DNA of 64,000 nt from Octopus vulgaris (lineage: Eukaryota). The stretch is from the NCBI GenBank assembly GCA_951406725.2, contig OX597817.1:139128001-139192000 (forward strand). Direction: 5' to 3'. Made by a program: the position numbers and the translations under genes. Positions 12,927 through 27,350 of this stretch are shown here, in pieces. Numbering within the stretch: position 1 is the first letter of the stretch; every line of letters begins with the position of its first letter. Below the pieces are notes generated by a model. That model was not told where the DNA came from and did no database searches. It was given only the letters and a program-made list of their open reading frames with translations.

Positions 12927-13228
12927 GTAAGTCTCCTTTGATTTATTTATTTATCTATCTGTCTATCTATTTATTAATTAATTAATTTATTTATCTTAGT
13001 CTTCAGTTCGTTTAATTTTTATCAAAGACGGGTGGAAGTGGTGTGATTAGCGAAGATGTACGTCTCAGCTCTCATATATCGTTTATACACGGATTATCTC
13101 TGCATTCTTCTTAATCTTCTGCTATAATTCCATTCATTTCTACGATACTTTATCGCAATAAATTATTGCTATTGGAGTTTCCCGGTCCCGCGGAATTCGA
13201 TCTCAGATCGTAATCCTAACTAAATACC

Positions 13229-13458
13229 TATTTCTTTATTACCCACAAGGGGCTAAACACAGAGGGGACAAACAAGGACAGACATAGGTATCAAGTCGAT
13301 TATATCGACCCCAGTGCGTAACTGGTACTTAATTTATCGACCCCGAAAGGATGAAAGGCAAAGTCGACCTCGGCGGAATTTGAACTCACAACGTAACGCA
13401 GACGGAATACCGCTAAGCATTTCGCCCGGCGTGCTAACGTTTCTGCCAGCTCACCGCC
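13229..13458 (-). mobile_element. tRNA-derived SINE (same family as 3426-3841), young copy
   Basis: Full head plus core; perfect 12-bp TSD TAACTAAATACC (13217-13228 / 13459-13470). Confidence 0.9.
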
Positions 13459-13799
13459 TAACTAAATACCACAAGTCATTTTCTCCAATGCTCCACCGAT
13501 TCCATCAGTCCAATAAATTATTGTCTTAGACCCATAAGTCTATTGCTCTAGATCTACCGTACACGTGGCCCCCCTATTGTCTGTGTTGAGGTGTAAACGT
13601 TGGGTTTGCGCGAGCCTCTTTTTTTGTCCTATTTTACTGTCCCCTTTTACAATATTATTATGCATTTTATATTTTAATTATTTATTATTTTACTTGTTAT
13701 ATTTATAATCCTGTTATGTTTTTTTTTTTTGCATTCTTTCCCCCACCCCAACCTCCACACACATTGAAACGTTTTGGCTTTGCGTCTGAGTAGTCTTCC

Positions 13800-14800
13800 T
13801 CCTTCGATGCCCTTGTGTCAGTCAAAGACACCGTTATCGATCATTATTGATTATAAGTTTGCCTGTTTGATGTGTGATAGGGGTATTGGTGATTCACTCG
13901 ATCTCATTATATAATCGATGCAGCCCGGAATGCCACTGCATAAAGACTTAATAGTAAAAATGGGTGCTGCCGTTTGAAACGCATGCTGGTCACGGAACGT
14001 TTTTGAAAAGACAGGATGGGCACGGTTGAAAGGCTTTTTCTAAAAAAAAATACAGACGGAGTGGTCACATTTGATATCTTTTCATAGATTTTCCTGGATA
14101 GTGAACAGATGTGGTCTCGGTTTGTTAGATGCGTTTTTCCGCAGCTCATCTCTTTGAGAGAACTGCAGACTTGGATTAAGAAAAGACCAGGGTTAGTCAT
14201 TTGGCACCTGGAATATCGTCAGGGGCTCCCCCCCACTTTACCAGTCGGCCAACGCTGTCAGTAGAAATTCTAGTTTAACCACATAGAGATACCATGGTAA
14301 GTAAAAAAAACGACTAAGTTCTCCAGGAAACTTTACACAACGACGAAGTCGAATTAGATAATCTGTTTTGGAGAACTTTCGGGCTGGGGACTGCTTCCAG
14401 AAATCCTTGGCCTGGCAGAGCTTCTGTAATTCGAGATTAACTCAATGGCCATGGAAGTGCTGCCAAGCGAGACTATCTGAGATGCTCGCAGATCAATGAA
14501 ACCGTGCATGATGCGCTTGTGCAGTACTCGAACTTTGCTGAGTTGTGGCTTATGTCAAATAACTGTCATTACGTTTTGGACGAACCCGACTGCTGGACGA
14601 GTCCATCGTGAGGATCACTCAAGCATCTGCCTTTAAAAAAGGCAGAGCATGAAGTGCTCCTCTTTCGCGTGGATGTGCCAAAAGAAGTTATGCCATAGGC
14701 GAAGCTGAAAGGATTGCGGGCTGATACGAACCCCCGGTCAAGCCTCCGTCGACTTTGTCAAGTCCTACTTGGAAAAGAAAACGAGAGTGGTGAGGGAAGT

Positions 14801-14841
<41 letters not shown>

Positions 14842-14950
14842 GTGAATCAATCAAAAGGTGGGTGACTGTGGAAAAAACGGTTGAGGTGAAGAAAAATAGT
14901 TCACTTGTAAATTGGTGAAGAAAATCTGGCCGAGAACTTATGCTGTTAGT
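13800..14950 (+). mobile_element. Highly degraded L1/Tx1-like non-LTR retrotransposon 3' region
   Basis: Fragmentary C-terminal zinc-finger-like translation (KSLAWQ, ETVHDALVQ) around 14400-14560; boundaries approximate. Confidence 0.45.
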
Positions 14951-15429
14951 GGTCAGAGTATTCCTGAATCAATCGGTCTACAGCTTCCATGTCTATTGTC
15001 TCATTTCATTCCCTCTTCTACTTTCATTTCTCCAATTCCTCTTAAATTGTAAATGGCTCTTATAATGCCCCCACTTCACCCCGCTAGATGTTATTATTAT
15101 CATTATTAAAATAAGAGATCATCATCATCATCACCACCACCACCATCACCATCGTCGTCTATCATCATCATCATCATCACGACCACCACCATTACCATCA
15201 TCATCATCGTCATCATCCTTATTATTAAGGCAGTGAGATGACAAAATCGTTAGCACACCGAGATCGACTTTGCTTTTCATCCTTACGGGATCGATAAAAT
15301 AAATACCAGTTAAGCAAAAAGGATCAATGTTAGTTAACACTCTCCTGAAACTTCAGGCCATATCTCTAGAGTAGAAAAGATTATTATCATCATCATTATC
15401 ATCATCATCATCATCATCATTATTATTAT

Positions 15430-15842
15430 TATTATTCTATGTTTGACTTATGTTTTACATTTGTACAAGTTGGCTCCAAGTCTCACCCAGAGACCTTAAA
15501 AGACAACAAGTTGGAAGTTCATGTTGGTGTTATGCCTAGGGTGCCATATATTTGGTTTTGTACATAGTGTTGTTCTAGGGAATGATCAAGAAACCATAAG
15601 AAAATTATGTGTTTATTTTTAAACTTGAGATTACATAGAAAGTATTTTACGTAGGATATGGGCAGTTCCCATGAGCACTATCTTTTGAATTTCTGCCATT
15701 TTGGGGCTTCCTGGTATCTGAGCTAGGTAGCAATCAGCCCCTTTTGCTATCATTCCCAGGGCACCTATGACAATAGGTATTGTTTTAGTCTTCAGGTTCC
15801 ACATTTTGCTAATTTCTATTTCAAGATCTTTATACTTGCTCA
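15430..15842 (-). mobile_element. 3' end of R4/Dong-like RLE non-LTR retrotransposon
   Basis: KYKDLEIEISKMW...IPIVIGALG...IQKIVLMGTAHILRK (15631 ORF) followed by 3'UTR and (TAA)n tail. Confidence 0.85.
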
Positions 15843-15849
15843 TTATTAT

Positions 15850-16426
<577 letters not shown>

Positions 16427-16679
16427 GGGTGAGGAAGCCGTGCATGCCATCAAAGAGACGCTGAGGTAAAATATGCAAATCCCAGTATATACAAAGCCTA
16501 GACTACCTGTTTGATAAGGGTACAGCAGGCACATGCATCACAACCATATGTGCGCGACATGGTGATCTCATATCAAGATAAACAATGCATGACCTTGCAG
16601 GTGGGGCCCACCAAGCGGGTCACATTTTCCACACTCTTTCCACGGGGTCGGCTTTCTGGGTGTCAGAAGTTTTATAGAT

Positions 16680-17065
16680 GTTACACTTCACTGAATCTGT
16701 GGCGAGAGCCTGGTCTTGTGCAGCAATGACCAGGCTTTCGGTGGTACGCTTCAAATCACCTCGTTCAAGCTATGCCCACGATGCTGTATTATCCTTAACG
16801 TCTTGTGTACTCCTTTCAAAATGTCCGTGCATTCTCATTTCAAGAAGGCCTTCTTTTCTCTTCCCCTCAGCTCTTTGGTTTGATTCTTCCTTGCCCATCT
16901 TTTCATCTGCATTTACACCCATATCTTTCGTGGCATATTGCAGCAGGTCTTCATCACTATTTATCAAATACTCGGCAAGCGTTCTCCTTTCACTCCTTAT
17001 ACAATGGTCTATACTAATTAGTTCTCTGCCATCATTCTTTCTTTCCATATACAGTCTATTTACGA
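16680..17065 (-). mobile_element. R4/Dong-like element fragment
   Basis: RLYMERKNDGRELISI...MHGHF...SWA then GDLK..TESLVIAAQDQ-type motif. Confidence 0.8.
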
Positions 17066-17503
17066 TTATTATTATTATTATTTTATGTTTGACTTTTGCT
17101 TTACATTTGTACAAGTTGGCTCCAGTTACTGTTTATACCTCTTTCAGAGATTTATTATTGCTTGTTTACACTTTTTCGAGATCAGTGACGAAAAGTCACT
17201 GGAAAAAGGATATATGTATTTGTATTGGGACCCCTTCGCATCGAAGACCGGTGATTGTCGTGCGCTAATGACGGGTAAATATCCAGGAACCCGGTTCGTG
17301 TTTATCACGTCAGGTCGACGATGGGAAGGATGGCTTCCCTTTGCACATACCGATAGGGCACAGAAAGTGAGTCAATAGCCAGCTGGAGAAGATGTTCTCC
17401 TGGGGCTACAAGCTACAGTAACATCCACCCTTAGTGGTTAGCCACATTTAGATGGCAAATATACTTCACATTGTCGTGCAGTTAGTTTATACCTCGTTCA
17501 GAG

Positions 17504-17616
<113 letters not shown>

Positions 17617-17624
17617 GAAAGCTC

Positions 17625-18468
17625 ACAGCTTATTTTGCTGGTTATGATGGAAAGTGTCCGCTGTCCATAGCCAGTAGACTAAGGTGACACTTGTTTATTG
17701 GTCATGCTTCAAGAACCCTGCGAAGAATTCTTGCGGTTCCAAGCAGTGCTGATTTTTGTAGGTGTTCTACCTTCACACTTGCACCAATCTTTTTCAGCCA
17801 TGTTGATAGTTGAGTGCTGATATTTCCAAGTGCACCAATTACTATTGGTATCACGTCTACTCTCTTCACTGACCACAACCTTCGTATTTCCCGCTTCAAA
17901 TCGTCATAAATGTTTATTTATTCTTTTTTTTTTTCACATTGATCCTGCTGTTACTGGGGCATGCTATGCTGATTATCGTACATGTTCTTTCTTTTTTATT
18001 CACCACAACAATGTCCGGTTTCCGATGTCTGGTCGGATGATCACACAAGATCATTACATCCCACAGGATTTTGCAATTCTCATTTTCGGTGACTCCTTCT
18101 GGGATTTACTCATACCACGTATTTGCTCCTTGTAGGCCGTAATTTCCACGGGTACACGAAACGATCATTCTTGCTACATCGTCGTGTCGTCTCTAGTATT
18201 CGCTTGATGCCAATTTCGGGCATTCGCTAACGATGTGCCATACTGTTTCATCCTTCTCACCACACATTCTGCATTTGTAGCTATCGGTAGTGTTGTCAAT
18301 TCTGCACTTCATATAATTGGTCTTTAACGCTTGTTCCTGAGCTGCGCATATGAGTGTTTCTGTCTCTATCTTCAGGTCACTCCTCCTCATCCATAACCAC
18401 CGATCCTCTGTATCTGTCTTGGGATTCATATCTCATGCAAACTAACCGTACATTTTTCCTTCCATGCT
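17625..18468 (-). mobile_element. R4/Dong-like element 3' portion (CCHC knuckle + RLE endonuclease)
   Basis: ETETLICAAQEQAL...CRMCGEKDETVWHIVSEC; RPDIG/IVV-type region; IPIVIGALG...LQKSALLGTARILRRVL. Confidence 0.85.
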
Positions 18469-18479
18469 TATTATTATTA

Positions 18480-19935
18480 TAGATGTCACACAGTACATAA
18501 TATCGTGAGGTTGTTGATTGAAGCTATTGTGTCTACCGGGGGTTTGTGCTATTTGTCAAGTCTCAACAAGGACCTCAGACAAACAGTACATTACGCAATA
18601 TACGTCCAGTTCCAAGTAAGGCCGACTTTTGCAGTACATCTAGAATGTAGGGTATTTCTAAGGTTTTCAGATGCTTTTTTTTTTCAGATTTAGGGGTGGT
18701 ATTGAACCCAATGCTCCGATGAAAATAGGGATAACCTTTATGTTCAACTCTCGTAGCTGCCACATCTTAGCCATCCCAATTCTCAGGTCTCCATATTTAT
18801 CAACTTTTTCTCTTTCTTTCATGATGATATGTTGATCTCCTGGCACTGTTACGTCGATTGATAGGCATTCTTGTTTGTCCCTCCTAAAGGTTACTATATC
18901 CGGCCTTTGGTGCTCTAACACTTAGCCTGTATGAAAATCAAAGTCCCAGAGGATTTTTGCTTTCCCTTCTTTCGACCTTCTTCCCACACATTCTGCATAG
19001 GTCCGACGCACTTATGTGATATATATTCTTTTTGACTGAATTGGTATTCAATGCCTGGTCCTGAGCAGCGACGATTAAGCTTTCAATATTCTTTTTTAGG
19101 TCACCCTTGTTGAGCCACCTCCATGATGCTTTCTGGTCTTTTAATTTATCGGTTTTACGGTGGAACTGATCATGGATGCAATTCCATACGGAATAGGGTT
19201 TCTTCTCTTTCGTTCTTGTTCGGAATTCATGACCACTCTCAAGTCCATTTTTGTTAACTCCTTCTGCACTAGCAGCATACTGTAGCAGGTCTTCTTTGCT
19301 ATTTACCAAATATTCTGCCACGTTTCTTTTTTCACTGTTGATGCACTCCCGTACGCTAATCATCCCACGTCCACCTTTACATCTTTTCACGTACAGCCTA
19401 TGTACATTTACCTTAGAGTGGAGGGCACCATTCATCGTCATCGTCTTTCGGGTAGTGTGATTGAGTCGGTCAATCTCCGCTTGTATCCATCTCAGGATGA
19501 GTGCACTATAGCGAACTATAGGTTCCTTGAGTTGAGCTTCGATTTCAAGAGAAGTTTAAGTTGCTTGAAATATGCAGTGGTCACCTTGTCTTTCATTTCT
19601 CTGTGCCAGATATTGTCCGGCTCCAGGATCTCAAGGTACTTGTACCCATAATCATCCGAGTCTTCCATTCTCTCTCCATTTGGCAATTCTATGCCCCTAC
19701 AATTTACTCCCCCCACCCCCGCTTCAAAGTAAGCACCGCACACTTTGAGATACCGAATTCCATCCCTATATCCTTGCTGCACATTTGCACAGTCTCAACC
19801 AGCCTCTCCATTTCAGGCTCTGTTTTTGTGAACAGTTTTAAATCATCCATGAAGAGGAGATGGTTGAGACGAGGTTCATTCTTTCTCAGCTCATAGTGCA
19901 CGTTGATTTTACGTAGGACTACAGAAAGTTGGACC
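18480..19935 (-). mobile_element. R4/Dong-like element (RT to RLE), decayed
   Basis: HLLFMDDLKLF RT motif, FGISKC, YKYL, RLYVKR..GGRG, AAQDQAL, CRMC, RPDIV, LQKSALLGT across ORFs 19704, 19516, 18938, 18667 and 18575. Confidence 0.9.
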
Positions 19936-19939
19936 AAGG

Positions 19940-20444
19940 CCATCACAAATAACAGAGGTTCTTTCTTTTTCATTCACCACAACAATGTCCGGTTTCTTAT
20001 GTCTGGTCAGGTGATCTCACTGAATCATTGCATCCCTCAAGATTTTGCAGTTTTCATTTTCGGTGACTCTTTCTTGGGTTTGCTCTTTGTAAGCCGTAAT
20101 TCCACAGAACTCCTAATGGATCATTCTTGCCACATTGTCATGGCATCTTTTGTATTCGCGTTGTGCCAATTTCGGGCATTCACTAACGATGTACCATACC
20201 GTTTCACTTCTCTCACCGCACATTCTGCATTTGTCGCTGTCGGTAGTGTTGTCGATTCTGCACTTCGTATAGTTAGTCCTTAATGCTTATTTTTGTGCTG
20301 CACATATGAATGCTTCTATCTCTATCTTCAGGTCACTCCTTCTCGTCCATATCCACCGGTCTTCTGTATTTGTCTTGGCGTCCGTATCTCTTGCAAACTG
20401 ACCTTACATTCTTTTCTCTTTCCATACTATTTCTGTGTGTGTGT

Positions 20445-20506
<62 letters not shown>

Positions 20507-21190
20507 GTCCTTTTCCTCATTAAGTTTTTCTTTCTTTGTATAGTTATCAGCTTTAATGACACCGGACTTCTTCACACGTTTCAACAATGGTTCAACGGTA
20601 TTTTTACATACGACCCTAAGCTGTTTCCCTGTTTCGATACAATCCTGGCAACTGATCCGGTCAATTTTGAGCGCAACACCAACCTCAAAGGTGCAATGGC
20701 CCAGTGGTTAGGGAAGCGGACTCGCAGTCGGAGGATCGCGGTTTCGATTCCCAGACCGGGCGTTGTGTGTGTTTATTGAGCGAAAACACCTAAAAGCTCC
20801 ACGAGGCTCCGGCAGGGTGTGGTGGCGACCCCTGTTGTACTCTTTTGCCCCAACTTTCTCTCACTCTTTCTTCCTGTTTCTTGTCCCCGACTTCCTACGC
20901 AACCGCTGAGCCTGGATGCGCATTCATCCATCCGTCGATGCTCTCGGTGTCGGGGGTTGGCCTGCTTTTTCTTCTGCTGGTCTTACGAATAGCAAAGGAC
21001 CACATTTCGGACTTCTCCCATCTTGCGAGCTCTGGAACGAAGAAGTTCGCTCAACAGCTCAACACCAACCTCAGTCTTCGGAAAGATTCCATCCTCAGTT
21101 GTTCTTTCATTTCCTTCTTCCTGATTTCGTTGAACCCTAGTTTGTTTAATCAGTTCTCTATTAGGTAATTAATTCTATCCCTGCTAGGAA
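19940..21190 (-). mobile_element. R4/Dong-like fragment interrupted by a (TG)n tract and a SINE
   Basis: Same family as 17625-18468 (CCHC-region sequence); SINE inserted at 20688-21059. Confidence 0.7.
20688..21059 (+). mobile_element. tRNA-derived SINE (family of 9361-9732)
   Basis: Perfect 14-bp TSD CAACACCAACCTCA (20674-20687 / 21060-21073). Confidence 0.9.
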
Positions 21191-21239
21191 CGACTGTACC
21201 TTGCCTCTTTTCAGGTGCATTATACCACATTTCGATATC

Positions 21240-22330
21240 TCTTTATCAGGTGTGCATCATAAGTAATGACCATGGGTCCTCTCAACTCTTCTCACAATCC
21301 TGGCTCTTCTAAGTCGTTCTGTTTTCTGCAGCATCTCAGTCTTGATAGTAAGTCCAAGTTTGACAAACCACTTCTGAAATTGGTTTGTCATGCTTCCAAG
21401 TTCCCCTCTCACAATAGGTATAACCTCCATATTCCTCAGTTCCCAAAAACGTACTAACTCATACTTCAAATCTTGGTGCCTATCCATTTTGCCATTCTCC
21501 TTCTCTACCACGTGGGTATCTCCTGTGACCGCGACGTCAATAATCCAGCAATGTCTTTCTTCTTTCTCAATCTGGGTCAAACCAGGTTTTCTTGCTTCAA
21601 TCACATCGTTGCATTACACATTGAAATCCCGTTGCAGTTTCACCACATCAGTTTTCATTACAGCCAGCGGCCGGTGTCCATACTTCTTGTCAGCTTATTC
21701 AAGTTGTATTTCCCACATAAAAACCACCAATGTGCAATTCCATCAACATTGTCATGTCATCTCTTGTATTCCTGCTGTGCCAAAGAGCTTCATTCACATA
21801 CAACGTGGTTTGGAGTTTCTTCAAAATTACCAAACATTCTGCACAATGGCGATTTCGATCGTTTTATCAATGTGGAATTTTATGTAGTTAGTTCTTAATG
21901 CTTTCTCTTGAGCAGCACAAATAAGAGCTTCTGTTCATTTTTTCAAATCTCCTTCCATCATCCAGGCCCATGTCTCATGTTGGTCTATCTTTCCAAAATG
22001 AGTGTCTTTATCCATATGTCTTAGGAATTTCCCATGCATCGCTTTGTCTATCAACCTTGTAGTCTTCTTTTCAACTCCTCTTTATTGGTACAAGACTCTG
22101 TGTCTATGATCCCAGCCAATTTAATTCCCATGAGTAATGGGTCTGTACTGTTCCGAATACACCAACCATGACTTTTCTTCACTTCTTATGCAATCTTCGC
22201 AGCCTCTCACGGCTCTTCCTCCATCTTCTCGTGGTAGGTGTATCCTATGCACGTCACTTTTAGGTTGTAAAGCTCCATAAATTGTCATCTTCTTCCTCGT
22301 TTCCCGGTCCGTCTGGTTTATCACTTTTTG
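21240..22330 (-). mobile_element. Older R4/Dong-like element 3' portion
   Basis: DRETRKKMTIYGALQPKSDVHRIHLPREDGGR (22121 ORF); CWIIDVAV...DLKYEL..FW..IPIV (21257 ORF). Confidence 0.8.
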
Positions 22331-22849
22331 ATTCTGACCTCTCTAAGCGCTTTACCACATGACGTTAACTCAACCTTCCAACTTTCCATGCTTTGCTAAA
22401 TTAATTCTCTTGTGTTATATTGTTATAAGGAGGTTATTATTATTATTATCATCATCATCATTATCACCACGAAAAATTTTAGCTTTATTTATGCTGCTGC
22501 TGCTATATCTACCAATGTATGTAAACCGCTCTTCAAAACTATAAAGCCAGAGCACTGTCTGTTTCTTTTTTCTTTCTTTTTTTTTCCTTCTAGCGAACTA
22601 TACTACCCAGATTCATGAAACTCACCTTTAGACAGGAAATGGAATAAAAGAAGGCATTGCAATATTCAAATTTATTGAAATCCAAAATAAATTAGATAAG
22701 TGGAAAAAACATACACAGCCAGAAAGCCCCTGTTCAAAACTATAACACCAGGTTGAATAATGTTGGAAAGATGATGCAAAACAGGGAAGTTATGAGATAT
22801 TTCAATGATATTCTTGTGCAATACATCAACAATAGTGTGTCTGACCACC

Positions 22850-23853
22850 ACCTTTCTGAATTGCTTCAAAGACACGTGATTTCGTGCTCCCAATCAACCT
22901 CAGCAGCAGATCGGGTGGAAGCGCTTCCCAGGCCTTCTTTATTGCCGTTTGATGTTCATCAACAGGTGAATGCTGCTTGCCTTCGCTATACACAACATTC
23001 GGGAGATATCCTCAGGAATTTTCTGAAGGATTAAGATCGGGACTTCTTGCTGGCCATGGCGTGACTTCAACCCCAATTGCATGGAGGAAATCCAAAGTTG
23101 CCCTTGTTTTATGAATTGGAGCATTGTCCTATTGGAATATGTCGATGTATTGTGTAGCATTGAAACGGTCATCCATGATGACAAGTGGTAGCTTCCCATT
23201 GGCAGATATTGCACCCCACACCATAAGACCTCCTCTGCTGTTCTCCCACTTGGAATAAGTAGAATTTTGTATACATTTATCTGTCCAGTAATACTTATAA
23301 TCGTTGGAGCCATCCGAGTTCCATTTTTCCTCATCAGAAAACAAAGCCCTGGTCCATTCGCCATCCGACGTCTGATGCTGCTGAGCAAACTCCAATCTAA
23401 CAGCTTTGTGAGAAGAGGACGATAGCGGACGCCATAGCCGCTTCTTCGGATGGTAACCAGGGACGGACCTAAGAGGGAGGGGGAGCTGAGGATCACGCCC
23501 TTTTCTCCTAGGATTGTATTCCCTTCTGACCTTGTGCCCTCCCTTCGAAAAATTCCTAGGACCAGCCCTTGTAACCATGGATCAAAATCACTCTTCTTAC
23601 GGGGGATGTCGAGGTTCCTCCTCCTACTGATGTCTTGATTTTGAAAACAGAAAAGCAGCGTGTCTTCTTCACAGCTTTGACAATGGCCCTTTCATCCCTT
23701 TTTGATGCAACCGTCAGGATCTTTCAGAAAATTGCCCATTGACGTTCTGCTTCGCCGAGTCTTCTTGGCAATCTTCCAGTTACTTATTCCTTCCGCTTTC
23801 AGTGCAAGAACCTTCCCTTGTTCAGTTTCGGAAAGCTTTGTAGCTTTAGGCAT
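22850..23853 (-). pseudogene. Tc1/Tc3-like DDE transposase relic
   Basis: N-terminal MPKATKLSETEQGKVLAL from 23853; RLEFAQQH...FSDEEKWNSDG...GGLMVWGAIS; WPARSPDLNP at ~23027-23056; frameshifted; TIRs not identified. Confidence 0.85.
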
Positions 23854-26229
23854 ACTGGGAACGTAATCTGGATCCCGGTGAATACGATTGAGTCGAATAT
23901 TTTCCGAAACAATCTGAAAAGAAATGGAAATGTGTCGGTGGCTTTATAGTTTTGAAGTGTTGATATGCGACTGAAAATTGGAAAATCATACGTTGTAATG
24001 TGATAATAAAGATACAAGGTTTATATTTCAAAGTATTCACAAAATACCCATTTACACTATACATTGCTTAAATGCAGAACTAAATTTCTAAGTAACTTAA
24101 AAATCATGTGACTTTAGAGTTATGAATAGTAGTTTAAGTCCGAACACTGCCATTCCTCCAGACGTATTCTTTCTTGGCTAAGACCGGACGATTAGATATT
24201 ATATACTTATTGCCTATATTCTGCTCAGTAAAATATCTTTGGTATTTCGAGTGTGAAGGCTTTCATCCTGTCCTGCAACCAAGAATCTTCTAGTCTCACC
24301 TCTGAATATTTTATTTTTCAAACCATCACTGCACTTTTCCAACACCTATTGTTACCCTCTTCAGTTTTTCCAGGTGATGGTCATGGAAGAGCTTTTCTCA
24401 CCATCGCTTTGTAGCCTCGTTTTAAACTTAGACTTTATATTTTCACAATGTGCGTTGTTTTACTGAAGATAGAAAATAGCTTCTTTTTTTTAAAGTTCGT
24501 ATTTTGTAGCTATTTATATTAATTGTCCGTTATTTTTTACCAGATAATTTTGTAGTCATGCATTAATATTTTATAATAGCTTTCTAGCCTCATCCTACTA
24601 CTCTGTGTTCGTGTTAAACACAACCTTCTCCCTCCCTCTTTCTCCACTGAGACAGGTTTACTTTTTGTCTGTTACCTTCTTTGTTTCAAACATTAATCAA
24701 ATGTGATTGTAAGATTCGTTTTTAACTTTTTATATATGTGTATTACGCATTATTTAGTGACTAAACTAGCATCGTCTTAAAGCATGGGCACACTTGGCAG
24801 TTGCGTGGGGGCCTCTCTGGTTTAGGGGCCCCAGTTCTATGTAGCTTACTGTCAATAAATAAATACTATAAGGCCCAGTGCATTGCATTGTCAGGGGCCC
24901 ATAATACTATTAAGACGCCCGGGACCACACTGTGTCTTGCTAAACACTTTATAGGTCTGTGTTAGCTTCCCTATTTGTTTCTTAATCTCACACAATATTA
25001 GTGTTCTTAGTTTTCCTCTCTTCAAGTCTACCTTGCACTTTTCTGAGCCGAATCTCACTTCCATTCTTCCATTCAATCCATGTATACTCTGTTGCAGTGT
25101 TTTTACTTATTTGTCAAGTGCAGTGTGCAATGTGAGGTTCTCATACAAAAGAGGATTGATTATCCTCTCTTCAACATTTGTATCGAAATCCAATCTGGTT
25201 TATTATATGAAAGCGTTGTTGATGGCAAGATTGGTGAGGCCCTGGAGAAAATGGCAAAAAAGTTGATAGAAGGATGGAGAGAATTCTGAAGAAAGTGGAG
25301 CGTAGAATGGATAAAGCATTGGTTTTTAGTTTCGGGTTTTTTTACCTTTTGAGTATGAATCTCGCCATAGCTTTTCAGATTTACGTTGTCTTACAGAGAA
25401 AACCTAAAATAAAAGAGGAGAATGACATCCTGGTAAGATTTCTGTTAAGAAGGCGAAAAAATGAAGTTGAGCAAAACCTCTTTTAACTTCTTTCTTTTTC
25501 GCTATATCTATCAATTCTGCTTAGAAAAATATTGTTGGGAATTCACTGGTAAGAAACCTTCCGTTTCTCCAGTAGTGAGGTGAAACCGGTTTCCCTCTTG
25601 CCTAGTATTGGTTTTTAGTTCTCACTTCCAATAAGTTTTGGTGTCATGGAAACAGTTTTAAATATCCACTTTTCCCTCTCTCTCTCATACGTAAATACAC
25701 TATCTCTCTTTCTCTCTCTCTCTCTCTCTCTCCCCTTCTCTCCCACCACCTTAAACCTCTTCCTTTCCCCCTAGTGATCATCTATTTAGTTTCCGAGCAT
25801 CATACAACAATTTCCATTTGTGCTTAACTAACTTACAGAATAACATTCTATTCCAAGATACTCTGTTGCTTGTATAAATTTCTTTAAAGCTTTGATAACA
25901 TTTTCTAAATATCCACACCGCTCTTAGCTACAGCCAGTAGCGCACCGTTTCAGAATCAATTGATTATAGATTTGAGGCTATGAATCTTTAATCACATCCA
26001 TATTTTAGCCACAACGAAGATTGCTGTCCAAATTGGTGTTAAATTTTTCTTTTTTCTCCAACATTTCGCGTATCGTTGAACAGAGTTCTTCTGCTGTCTT
26101 CACAACATTCTCCATTTCTGTATTCCTACAGACAAATACAGATTGTTGCAATAACAGCCAAACTGAAAACAATAGAATGTCAGCACATCGTCCCTGGATT
26201 TGCCTATGTTATATGCTGGTAACAGAACC

Positions 26230-26380
26230 CATTCGTCTTTACTCTCCCACCCTGATGTAATCTCCAGGGATACAGGCATCCAGCAACAGGACCTCCGTAA
26301 TGCCATGATGGACCGTGAAGTCTGGCGTAGCATGGTAAATTCCATTGTCTCGACCACGGTCGAACAATGATGAATGATGA
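26230..26380 (+). mobile_element. RTE-like LINE 3' tail with (TGA)n end
   Basis: PDVISRDTGIQQQDLRNAMMDREVWRSMV; inverted copies at ~39380-39540 and ~58540-58825. Confidence 0.7.
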
Positions 26381-27350
26381 TGGGTGAAATGCTTAGCGGT
26401 ATTTCGTCCGTCGCTACGTTCTGAGTTCAAATTCCGCCGAGGTCGACTTTGCCTTGCCTTGCCTTGAATGTAAACACCTCCATCTCATTTGTGTAAACAC
26501 ATCGTTATGTTTTCGTGGAGGAAGAAAATATCGCAAGAGATGTTATTCATTACAATGAACAATAAAAAAAAAAACGTTCTATAAGATCTAAAATGACTTT
26601 TCCTCCTCCCAACTATTGTTATTACCCATTGTGTCGGCCCCTAATTATAGGGAAGCAGACAGCTTCAGGCTAGATCTATGTCGAGCCATAAATCCTATTT
26701 ACTTTCTGCTTAACAATGGTTTCTTACATAATTAAACCTGACCTGACTGTCGGCTGTCTACTGTTCACTGTTTAGTGCAGATGGATTTATTGTTTAAAGA
26801 AGGACGGGCGATCATTCGAACTTTGTACATATAAAAATGGCGTGATGGTGGGTGGGGGGGGCGAAGTAAAACAAACTACACTGAAAGGGAAGGGTAAACA
26901 ACGGCAATAACCGATAAATGCATGTAAGTATATATGTATGTATGTGTGCAAACATGAATAGCAGTGTATGTCTGTGTGTGTGTGTATGTATGCATGTATG
27001 TATGTTCATATATGTACATGTGAAGGTTTTCTTCCTCCTTTCAATGTACTTTATTACGTTGAAAGGAGAGAGAAAAGAATGGAGTTCAACATTTCAGACT
27101 ATGCTCCTTCATCATCATCATCATCATCATCATTTAATGCCCATTTTTCCATGCTTGCAGAGGTCAGATGAAATTCGTAGAGGCAGATTTTTCCCACACC
27201 CTTCCTGCTGCCAACCATCGCCTGTTTCCAAACAAAGTAATATTTCCCAATGGTCAGACATGTTTTTCATGGATGGGAAAGAAACAATGATGATGTTCAT
27301 TCACAACCATCCCATGATGGCAAGGTTCAAGCTCGCTCATACGTTGCATA

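Noticed and set aside
24768-24925. Possible hAT-type MITE (gtcttaa...ttaagac with GGGGCCC motifs)
   Set aside because: Termini too degraded and no TSD; not enough support to list as a feature
26132-26218. Possible extra protease exon (good acceptors, Cys-containing frame DCCNNSQ...WICLCYML)
   Set aside because: No acceptor/donor combination gives phase 1 in and phase 1 out without a stop; the donor is weak
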